60,000 nt of DNA from Lytechinus pictus. Its lineage: Eukaryota. The notes under the pieces are model-generated. The model was not told the DNA's origin. It saw nothing but the letters and a program-made list of their open reading frames with translations, and ran no database searches. Shown here one piece after another: positions 1-12,000 of the stretch. The position numbers and the translations under genes are program-made. The stretch is from the NCBI RefSeq assembly GCF_037042905.1, contig NC_087252.1:21826001-21886000 (forward strand), in the 5' to 3' direction. Positions within the stretch are counted from its first letter, which is position 1. Every line of letters starts with the position of its first letter.

Positions 1-169
1 TATTAGGTAACCCAGAATACTCAGATCCATGTCTGTATGAAAGGCAGGAAGTCAAATATAACAAGAAAGAAAAATACCATTAAAAAATTGGATCCCAAAT
101 TCTAAAACATTATTGCTGTTTTTTTACCAATTTGCTTTCTTTAATGATAACCTTTATGCATGTGTACTG

Positions 170-660
170 CCTCTATCTCTACCATTCTATCCCACCATCC
201 CCTTCCCTTCTTTCCCTTCCTCTCCCCCTTCACTCCCTCACCCTCCCCTCTTCCTTTCTTCCCCCTTCCCCTCTTATCTTCTCTCCCTCCCCGTTCTTTC
301 CTCTCTCCCTCCCTCTCTTCCCTTTTCTCTCTCCCCCTCTTCTTTCTTTCTCCCTCTTTCTTTCTTTCCCTCTTCCTCTTCTGTTTTCTTCCTCCCCCTC
401 TTCCATTCTCTTACTCCCTCTCTCCCCTCTTCATTCCCCCTCTTCCCTCCCCCTCTTACCTTCTATCCCTCCCTGTTCTTCCCTCTTTCCCTCCCATCTC
501 TTCCCTTTTCTCTCTCTTCCTTCTTTTTATCTCCTTCCTTTCTTTCCCTCCCCCTCCTATTCCCTTCTCTCCCTCTTCCTTTTCCCCTCCCCATATTCCA
601 TTCTCTCTCTCCCTCCTCCCATCTCCTATTCCCCCACCCTCTTTCTCCATTTCTCTTTCT
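170..660. repeat. Polypyrimidine low-complexity tract
   Basis: nearly pure C/T; explains the spurious ORFs at 113-698. Confidence 0.9.
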
Positions 661-2923
661 GTACTGTGATGGAATCTCCTAATTCCTTCCGACTTTGAAT
701 AAGTAGGGAATGACTCAACATCTCTCCCTATAGCTTCCTCATTATACCTTCATCTCACTGTTTATTCTGCTGCTGCTTTTTCTTCTAAAATGAAGATGGT
801 GTCAGATGTATTCCCTTTAAAATCACCACAGGATGACTTCTGCTAAGTGCTGAAAAGCATGTGAACTTTATTTTCAAGAAAGAGAGGATAAAACACCATT
901 TACATTCAACCAATATTTATGCCTCTGTATACAATTCATTCTTTTCTTGCTAAATTGAGTCTGTAGGGTAAATAATGACAATAAAAAATTAATCAGTTAT
1001 ATCATTTCCATTTGCTTCTTCATGACAGTAGTCTGATAATATTTCTGTTGAAAATAATTATTTGTTGATCGAACGTTGATAGTGTTCATTAGCCTCATAT
1101 TGACAACACTTTGCCAGGCAAGATTCCCTGTCATAAACCAAAAATAACAATTTTTGTTCTTAAACTGTTACTCAAAGACTTTGTTTTTTACTGGACAAGT
1201 CTCTTTCAGCTTGTTCAGTATGACCATATAATGCTTGAGTGAACCCCAAACTTAAAACCTTGACTTTTCTCTCTTTGAAATCCCTGTATATTGGATCAAG
1301 TACTTGTGTGCATTGTTGTTGATGGAGTTTACAAGTTATGTATCATTTTAAAGCTTAAGATGTGCCTTCTGAAATTTTCAAAATTTGTTTCGGTTGACTT
1401 ATAGTAGGTTTTGAATAGACAGTAACAAGAATTAGTAACTGTAAATTGTGTTAAGATGGTGAAACTAAGTAAAATCCAAGTCTTTAGTTTCTTACTGTAT
1501 AGGGTTCACTGCTGTTTGTCTTTATTTATAAGGTATCCCCTCCCCCCCCCCCCACTCCCATACGATCCATGTAGTAAGTCCAAGTATAAGTCTGATTTGC
1601 TCAACAAACCATTCGTATCGCAGCAAATATCTTCCAGCCGCAAGGGAGACACGACAGCACCAACACATTCTCTCTTTGCTCTCTTTACCAAAAGAAGAAG
1701 AATAAAACTAAAAAAATATACATTTGCATCTCCCCCCCCCCCTCCCTCCCCTTCTCCCTTTCAGAAGTAAACTGTCATGTCTGCATAAAGCAACCAACGG
1801 GCTGCTTGGCAATAGCTGTTGGGTGTTGATACAGTATATAAAACCTGCCAGCGGGGAAACGATCAGAGAGAGCGATCTAAACCCATATTTGTCCTGGGTG
1901 TATTAGGCCGGCATCAGTCATGGAGTGAGTGCAAATGTTTTTGCAGGTGGATAGGGGGAGGGAGAGGGGTAAAAAAAGTGGAGGATCCTTTCTGAGAAAG
2001 ATGCGTATACCATGGAAGATTACGGAGATAGAGAAACTATGATGATGATGATGATGCGGTGGTGTTTGGGGAAATTCTTTTTTTCAGGTTTTCGTCATGA
2101 ATAAAAGATGGGGGCTGCCAGCCGCTCATGACAGCTTGAATTTTTTAGATGTTTTCAATGAAAATGGACAAAAATTATATTGTAATAGCTAGCTCCAGAG
2201 CAAAGGAGGAGATGAAAAAGGGCCTTTTAAAGCTGAAAAAAATAATGTAATCACTCATGTTTGAGTTTTTGGTTGTTGTAAGTCTGTTTAACTTGTGTTT
2301 TTGTTGAGGTCGGAGGGGGCGGGGGGAAGGGTGGTCAATATAAACTTATGAATTTCTGCTACATAATTATGCTGAATATGGAAGTGTGTAATATCAGAGT
2401 CGTTTTTGCAGAATGCCTGTATTTGTAATTGATATCTTGGTTGGTGGTGTCCGTGTTGGTCAGATATTCAAAATTTATTGTCATGCTCAAAATAAAAAGA
2501 AATTACATTGGCATAAAAATCATATTCCAAAGGCTTGAGAGCCTTTGGTGAATGTTTATACCTATATTCCTGACATAGAAAGTATAATGATGATGTACAT
2601 GAAAAATGATTTAAATCTTCAACCTGCTTTTAATTTCTCCTTTTGAATCAAAATCAACTATCCAATGGGCATCTAGCATTTGACTTATTAATATATTTTG
2701 ATTTAGAAATCGATGATAATATGCTTGTTTCATTTAACCAAGAAATGGCATTTCAAATTCTTTTCCATTTAATTGAATATTAGATTTTTTTTTTCTAAAA
2801 GTATCAAATTTCTATGAAAAGTATATTAAGAAATGTTGTGCAGCTTTTTACAATGAATTGAAGTATTTTATTATTGGTGTTGAGTTTTGATTAATTATCT
2901 TGTCATTATTGTCCCTCCTCCAG

Positions 2924-3048
2924 CTGCACCAATGTTTACCCGTGTACCAGTGGATCGGACTGTGGTCGTAGGTCAAGATGCCTTCTTCCTGTGCCAAGCT
3001 ACCGGTCTACCAACACCATCCATCTACTGGAAGGAACGAGGAGCAAAG
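2924..3048 (+). CDS. robo: Robo exon, Ig4 N-half
   Basis: cag|..|gtaaga; APMFTRVPVDRTVVVGQDAFFLCQATGLPTPSIYWKERGAK. Confidence 0.9.
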
Positions 3049-6000
3049 GTAAGAAGAGTCCAATATTGAAGTTGAGAGATTGGAGCGTTGTGGTCCAGTG
3101 GATTATTCTCCGGACTTTGAAACAGAGGGTCATGGGGTTCAAGTCCCGGCCATGGCGTATTCCCTTCAGGTTGAAATTGATCCACAATATGCTGCACTTA
3201 ATTTATTTTCACCTTCTTTTCTCCCTTTCACCTCTTTTCTCCCTTTCTCTTCTTTTCTCCCTTAAACCTTTCTTAGTCCTCTGTTCCTTCCATTTCCCTT
3301 CATCTATTTCATCACCTTTTTCTTCTCTTTCCTCCGTTTTCCTTCCCCCTCTTCACTCCCTCTTGCTCATTCTTCTTCCCAACCACTCTGCCCCCCTCAT
3401 CTCTTCTACCCCTCTCTTTCTCATCCTCTCCCTAACCACTTGCCCCTTCTACCCTGGCCTGCCAGCGATGCATCTCCGAGCTACCTGTTCAAAATGACAT
3501 GCATAACCTCATCTCTGTTTACTCATCCACATCCATCTAAACACCCTCATATCCATCACCCACTCCAGAACCACTTCTCCGAAGAACACCTTGCCTCTCT
3601 AATCCCGTACCTGTTGCGGGCCATTCGATTACGACGGCGCCGCGGCCCTCGACCGGCGCCACTTACCTACCATTTGCATATCCCGGGATGTTTCGCCTTG
3701 TCTGCACGTCAGACGCTCGTCAGGGCGCGTCTTTCGTGAGTCATGGCGCTAAGGAGCTGGATTATGCTTCTCCAGCTGGGGTTGTAGAGATATGTGTCGA
3801 AAGTGTCATTGAAGCGTGTAAGGTGCTCGAGATGAGAGGGGGGGGGGTGGGGGATCCTTAGAAAATATAGGTCAAATTCAGAACAAGTAAAGATCTACCT
3901 GAAAATGCATGAACATACATATGCACCTTGCTAAATGCAGAAAGAAGCGGGTGATGTAAATGTCACTGCTGTGTATGTATTTTAGTTTTTGAATGTGAGA
4001 GGTGAGTGTGTAAGATGACGTAACCAATGAAAATACATGTTTTCATTTATTATACATCTATATGCCTTTTGTGTTATATTTTTAGGGTTGCACTGCAAAG
4101 TGGGGAAAAAGATACAAACACAACACAGATTTTTATGTACTCAGTATTTGGTTTCAAATAATTTGTCAGTGTTTGGTTTAGACAAATTCTGCAACTTATA
4201 TGTTTCAGTAATCATAAAAAAGCATTACTACATGTATTTGGTCTTGAAGGTCATAAATATTTTTACAAATTTAGCTGAAGTTTTAGAAAGATTATGCAGT
4301 AACAGAAGTGGATGAAAATTTCTGTTTGGATGGGTCAGTAAAATACTGAATGTGTTATTTGTGATTGGAATGAGGTCAAAACAAAAGGGGAAAGACCTGA
4401 AATTGATAGATAGGAATGGACAAAAAAATGTGAAAATAGCTTAATTTTGTGATTTTTCAGAGGGTCAGGTTTCACCCTGAAGGAATTCCGTTAAATGTCT
4501 GTTCTGACAAATCAGCAGTGACACCATTTTCAAAATTTGCAGAAATTGTTTTGACTTCCTCGGCCACCTGTAGAAGATTGGCAGAGTCCCTTCAAAGTGA
4601 TCGCACAAATGACATCACTGATACCTCAGCACTGTCAATTTTGTAGATGATGATATGCTGCATTTGTATGACTATTTATGAGGGCAAGCATTGGCTCGGC
4701 TGAATAAAAACAAAAGAATGATAGAGAGAGAGAGAGAGAGAGAAAGATAGATAGATAGATACATGTAGATAGATACTAGATAGATAGATGCACTGTAGAT
4801 ATATAGATACAGGCATGTAAAACCCAAAGTATAAAATAAAACAAAATTGAATGGAAATCAAATGAATAAATAGATATGAGATGAATTGAAAGAGATTGGA
4901 GGGGAGAGGGAATTGAATGAGAGCAGAGGGGGGGGGAGGTACAAATATTAACTGTTGAGAAGGAAAGTAAAAACTTATGGTACGGAGAAAGAGATAACTA
5001 CAACAATAAATTGCTAGGGGGATTTGAAATGAAATAAGACAAAATGCAAAGATAAAAGAAAAGAAAGAAAGAAGAGAGTGGCAGTTTGTGTTGCAATTAA
5101 AGACTGTTAATAATAGAAAATCAAGTGAGATGGAAAGAGAGAAAGAGAAAGGGAGAGAGAGATACAGAACAAGACTGAGATGAAAAATGAAGGCTGGCGA
5201 AGAGGGGAGGGAGGAAGAAGAATTTGAATAATTATGGATGTGATGATTTTGCAGTCTCTCAAACGTCAAATTCTACCGGCTCATATTTGATTTCAGAACT
5301 CATTTGCAATTCAAAGTGTTGCAGCGTTGACCCAATTCCTTTAGAATTTATACACCACTCGTTTTACTCCTCTATTCTACAGTACCCTACCCCTTCCTCT
5401 TTCTGTCCCCCCCCCCTCTCTCTCTCTCTCTGTCATTTCTTTCTCTTTGCCTCTCTCCCCTCCCATTCTGCCTGTACCCCGCCCCTGCTTCATTTTATAT
5501 CAATCTTATTTTGTGCCATAGTCCCCTGCCTCTCTTTTCTCTATACTTCAACACTTTAGTGACACATGTAACTTCAGATGGACGATTTCCCCTGACAACC
5601 CCCCCCCCTTCTCTCTATGTCACTTCTTTTCTCGTTGCCTCTTTCCCCTCCCATTCTCCCCCTCCATGCTTCACTTTATGTCATTCTATTTTAGGCCATA
5701 TTCCTATTTTCCTCCTCTTTTCCATTTACTTTAACACTTTGTGACACCTGTTACTTAAAATGGACGGTCTCCCTTCCCCCACCCCTTGCCTCTGTACCCC
5801 TCTCTATTTCTCTCCCCCTTTCTTTTTCTCTCTCTGTCTTTCACTCCCTCATCTCTCTCTTATTTTTTTCTCTGCCGCTCTCCATCTATTGCTCTCTTTC
5901 TCTTATTTCATTTTCATTTCCCTTCCCCATCTAAAATGAGACCTGTTTCTCAAAATATCAAAAAGTTGACGTCTTGGACACTAACGCCCCAATTAAGCAG

Positions 6001-9000
6001 GTGCTTTCAGTGTTGGAATCTTGTTTATTCTACCATGGTTTTTAGTAACAGTGAAAATATGACAACTTATTGAAAAGAAAACGACAAATATAATATTATT
6101 GATTCCTAGTGAGGCAGGTGATTAGAGGAAAGGCTTTTTCTTTATTTATCTCGATGCGTCTAAGCCTCAGCAATTTCTAGCAAGTTACTTACGTTTGACG
6201 GATATTTGTGACACTAATACTTGCGCCTTTTTAACACTTTATACATACATGTACATGTACGTGATCCATCTAACTCCAACTCTTGGATGTGTTAACTGAA
6301 TCAGTGGAATGAATATGTGACAATTTGAAATATCAAAGTTTTATTTATTTTTGTTTCCACACTTTCGCATCCCTTATGCTAGCCTTTTTTTTTGTTATAT
6401 AAAAAGAAATGACATTTTTAAATTTGCCATCAACCATTTTGTCAGAGCTTAATGCCTGTCTGGTGAAACTTTTGATCAGAAAGAGAAAAGGGTACTGAAA
6501 GAAGTTTGCCACACAATGAAAGCATATGAATAACTACTTTCTCATCAAGTCCTTAATATCGTAATTTATTTTAGCCTGTGTTATATCAATACCTATTTTT
6601 TTCCCATAGTATAGAAATGAGCACAGAATTATCAAATGCTGCCAATTTGAGGATCAAAAGCAAATCTCAACCTGAAAACAATAAATTATAATCAGTTATA
6701 AAGCGTTCGGTTCGAAGCGCTTTACATTAAAATGTAGGCTATTTACTATCCCTCAAAAGTTCCAAGTAATCTATTTCATTCCAATTTCTTCTATTTCTTA
6801 TCTCACTACAGCCTCTCATGTTTCCCGGTGATCGTACAGAGCATTACGAAGTGACCAACGATGGCAGGCTTCACCTTTTTTCGGTGACGCGAGAGAACGA
6901 AGGATATTACGTCTGTTCTGCGATGAGCGGAAGAGGATCCGTCGAGGACTCTGCCTATCTACGGGTCCTTGGTAAGTGAAGATTCCTCCATCTATTGAGC
7001 ATTTACATTTATAAGTAAATGTCACTCGGTGATAAAATCTATACTGAGCATACATTTTTCAATTAAAACCCAAAGAGTGATTGATGTGTACATTATGTTT
7101 GCGACGTAAAGTTACAGTGTATTGTATAATCAGGTGTTTTGGTAAGAGAACTTTTTAGACAAGGCATGAACGAATGTTTTGCTGGACGTGATATGTGCAG
7201 ATGTTGCTTTGATGTACAGGAGAAACTGCTGTTGACAGTGATCTGCTACTTCTGCAAGTGGGATAGTGTGTAAATGTAAAGGTTGTAGCTCTCCAAGCCT
7301 GCACACCTACCCCTTTCGTTCTTTCCACATAATTTCCCTCTGCTTTCGGACATGTCACATTGGTGATTTGCCATGTTTTGCCTTCCAATTTACATGGAGA
7401 CGACAGTCTGAGGTTGTTCTTAGGAAAACATGATATATCAATGAAGACATCCAACTGTCTTTTTCCTTGCAATGTTGAAAAAGGGAGAGGAGAAGCCCGA
7501 GTCGTTTTAACTGGACACGACCCGCATGGCGAGACAAGTCACCGACTTGCCTTGTTATTAAATGCCGTCGTCGACAGAAATGTAAACGCCACTTAGGGAG
7601 TCGCTTTGATCTGCGACTGGGCCGCGCAGGAGAACCCGATCATCCCCGGTTGCCCTGTCGTCGATCTCGCGCGAATGTCCCTTGGAAGACGGTTGGGGAT
7701 GCTTCTTAATTAGCCTACTGTCCATTTTAGTTGGTTTCTCGTCGACAATCTCAGTTTAGACTTGTAAGTCTGATAGGAAGAGTTATATTCATCTTGTTAT
7801 CATTGAGTTGTGTGCCCTCTCTTTCATTTTATCCATTTTCACTTTCTTTTCTTCATCCAATTTCCTTCTATTAGTATCCTTTTTCTTTTCTCCCTCTCCA
7901 TTAAATTCTCACCTTTCTTCTCTGTTATCTGCTTATTTCTTTCTTGTCACCTTCAACATTTTCTCCCTCTCTCATTTTCTTGCTTTCTTCCTTTTCTTCT
8001 CCTGTTTTCTGTTTCCCATCCCTATTTCTTTATGGCTTAAGAAAAATCCCCAGTTCCAGATCATAGTTCTAAAAAAAATGTATAGTATTAACCTGCTGGT
8101 AAGAGATTGGGTTAAAAGTTTATCTTTATCCCCCCCCAAAAAAAAATAAAAATAAATAAATTAAATAAAAAGAAAAAGAAATAAAATTATGCAGAAAAAA
8201 TATCAAATTTCTACTTTTGAAATCAGGAAACATGGCAACATTTTTTATGAACAATACCAAATAATCTAAAAAAGAAAAGCATCTTGCTTTTTATAAACCT
8301 TCAAAACTCTGTGATTTTTGCTGCACAACAAGTTTTGCTGCTTGGTAAAAATAATAAAAACAGAAATCATTTGCTAGCCTTTCGATTTCTCTCCAGACTG
8401 TGTCTCTCATACTTCACTCAAAGTAAGCCACAGATCAAAGCATCAACTATTTGAAACGTACTCCGCTTCGACACCTTTCCTCGTCGCCGGAACCGACATC
8501 GATTCCGTGGTTGACCGCGGCTCTCGCAAGCCCGGTCGATCCTTGTCGGTGAGGTGCCTAGGTGTTCGGTTTCGAGACACAGGATGTGCGACCCCGTTGA
8601 CAGGGGTAGACGGCCCCTCGCATGGGGGCGCAATGCTATACCGGTATTGGCGACCTGCGGTATCACTGGTCTTGGGTGTCACTCATTGGAGATGGGTGGG
8701 AGGGGCACCCCTGGAAGAAGATTAAATGGAGGTAGAACGTAGTGTGTGCTTGATTAAAAAAAAAGAAAAAGGGAGATTTCCAGAGAAAGTGAGTGAGTGA
8801 AAGACACAGAGGCCTGTATTCTGAAGTCAGGTTTAACTTAAACTCAGGTTAAAAGTTGTCGTTTAAGTATGGATACCCAATTGTTACATAAATCACTAAC
8901 AGTAGAGATACCATAATTTCAGCTCATTTGGCTCTCAAATCATTCATAAATTGTCTAGGAAGTATAAATAGATGATTGTCTTCACCATCGATGAATCAGG

Positions 9001-12000
9001 AAAGAGCACAGTAAACATATGATACATTCAACTTAATTAAAATTTAGAAACTTTTGGCTTCGCATAATTTTAGCACAGAGTTAGACCATGGTCGAAGTTT
9101 AGACCTGACTTCAGAATACGGGTCAGAGAGAATAACTAAAATTAAAAATGATTTATGCACAAAAAAGTAAAAGAGACAGGCAGGGGGGGGGGTGGCAAAA
9201 ATGAATGATAGGACGAGGAAGGATGAGAGAGGGATGGGGAGAGAAAGAGAGTGATAATAAACAAAGAGTGATTGGAAGAGAGAGGGGTAAAGAAAGTTAG
9301 AAAGCAACAAAGAGAGAGGGGGAAGAAAGAGAGAGAGAGAGTGGGTTAACGAGGAAAGCACATGAAAGTTTATGAGAAGCTTATTGAAATTGACTTCATC
9401 AAGTTGCAATGCTTAATGATTAATCCTCGTGTCTTATTTCTAATTGACCCAGTGTTTCAGCGGGACCATTATTATTGATTTTAATCAATCACACATTTTA
9501 CAATCATGTTTGCCATCTCAAGGATCTTATATATACATATTTGCGATTGATACAAAAACATGTGACTAATTGAGATTGATTATAAGACAATGACTTTGGT
9601 TGGGGGGGTCACAAGTACCAAGTTGACCAACATTGAACCCTTAACATTGCATTCCATCTATGCCTCTGCCAGCTATAACATCAGCCTCTTCATACAGTAT
9701 ATAAATATGGATGGTACAAGATTTGAACATTGAAATGCAAAAGTCCGTCTCTTTTCCATGTTATTCTGAAAGCAAATTGTCCTTCACAGTGTAATCACAG
9801 GGTGTTCACAATAAACTTTGTTCAAAGTTCAAAGCCTGCATTAGTTTCAATGTAAAGATAGTTGCTATTCCAATTATACATTCACTGTCAGATAAAAATG
9901 GAAGAGAGAAATGAATCTTTTGTGAAATATTTGATCTGATATCCATGAAGAATGTGTATATTTACCATGATATTGCCAACATTAAAGTTTCAATCTATTT
10001 GCATGGAATGGGAAGAATGATCACAAGAAAAACAAATGTTTGCCAAGAACCAATGAATTAAGAATAATTTTAAGAAACAAATGGTCACTGCATTCTTATA
10101 AGCTTGGAATGTTTGAAAGATAATCCAATCAAATTGATAATAATAATAATAATATAGGAGTTATATAACACACTAATTCGCCCTGTTAGGTGCTCAAGGC
10201 GCTCCTATATTACCCCGGCTACGCTTGTCACACTGTTAAACCCGTACCAAATTTTGATATTCTTTAAACATGTGAAACATTCCTTATTTTATGCAATCAT
10301 ATAACATGAACCAGAGGGGAAATACGTTCCCAAATTAAAGTCTTGTTCAACTGGTTACTATTACTGATGAACATCTCGTACTCTCATTATTACCCATCTC
10401 CCTGCATCCAATCTTGATACTCTATGATCCTATCGCCACTCGGCATCCAAGTTCGAGGTCAATTACCCCCCCCCTCCAATGGCCTCTATTAAACCTATCT
10501 ACATCCCCTTCTTATATGTCCGTTAGAAGATCCGAGTTTTTCCCCCGGGACACTATCGATGTGTTTGGGGAACACTTTAACCCAGTTTAGCTCAAATTTA
10601 CCCTCTGTCGCCATCATCATTTAACCTCTTCATTTGTTTGCTATTCTTGGTCTCTTCTTGTCTGTTTTTGGTCTGAGATTTCTGTTTTATGTTTGCCGTC
10701 TCTCTCTCGTTCTATCTTTTCTTCTTATTTGAGTCTCTCTCTGTTTGCGTAAACAGTATTTATTTCCATCTTTTGAAGACACAGTGTCCTTCAACATGTT
10801 ACGGCTCTTTAGCAACTATTCCTTCCTTGCATTTGTCCACTTTTACTACTTAATTTTCATCTTCTACCTCCTACATCTCTTCTTCCTCCATTTCTTCCTC
10901 TCCTTCTCTACCTTCTCATCCTCCTCCTGCTCCTTCTCCTCATCCTCCTGCTCCTTGTCCTCCTCATCCTACCAGGGTTCCCACAGTCATGGAAAGTCCT
11001 GGAAAAATTTGTGGTCCTGAAAAAGTCATGGAATTGCATTTACCTCTTGGCTATGGCAGCTTTCCAGTTTGTGGTGTCTTGCAATTCTCATACTCTGTGA
11101 TCATACTCTGCTATTATAATTGGTGTTCATGATTTCCATTTTTCGCAGTTTTGTGACATCCCAAATTCTACATAACTCCCGCGATGTCACATGAAGTCAT
11201 GGAAAGCAGCGATTTAGTCATGGAAAAGTCATGGAATCCTGTTTTCAAATTTCTGTGGGAACCCTGCCTTCTCCTTGTCCTCATCCTCCTCATCCCCTTC
11301 CTCCTATCTTTTTATAAAACTATCCTATTGGGCTTAACAGAAACATGCAAGCTGTAATTAACCTATTTTATTTTCCTTTTCAGATGATAACTTGCCTCTA
11401 CCACCCATCATCCACATTGGGCCGTCCAATCAGACGCTGGTAGAAGGCAGCCCCGCCCAACTGGACTGCCAGGCAGAGGGACGAGCCCCGCCCTCTATCG
11501 ATTGGCTGAAGGACGGTGCACCCTTACAGCTTGTGGGAACCAGGTAGGTTATAAGCTACTGAAATTCTTGGATCTGATTGGCTGAGAACAAATTTGTCAT
11601 TGAAAACCACAGACAAAAATACTTCATGAAGCACTCCCCTGTGGCCCGTTTCATAACGAGTTACCACTTTGGTAATTTTGCTATATTGTCACTACCATGG
11701 AAACCTTGATTGTGATTGGCTGCTAAGCCCTGTTGCCATGGTAGATGCCATGATGGCAACGTTAATACAGTTAAAAGTTTCTTTGAAACGGGTCACTAAG
11801 GAACTAAAATACAGTAGTTGCAAAGAGCAAAATATCTTAGAATTCATATGTTATGCCTATCTGCCACCTTTTATGATATTCCATCAAGAAACACTAATTT
11901 ATTTATGAGATTGTGCACATCTGTCCATGTCAGCCATAGCTGAGGGCTTTGTACTAAGAAGAAGAAAAATGTACAAAAGATCATGCAGTGAGTCAGATGC

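Noticed and set aside
113..698. Long Pro/Ser/Leu/Phe ORFs
   Set aside because: Translations of a polypyrimidine tract; no coding signature.
1830..1930. TATA box plus ATG GA|gtgagt as an alternative first exon of robo
   Set aside because: The phase-2 donor is incompatible with the phase-1 Ig4 exon, there is no signal peptide, and there is no other support.
8465..8500. HDV-like ribozyme (TTCCTCGT loop)
   Set aside because: The flanking bases do not form the required P3/P1 pairings.
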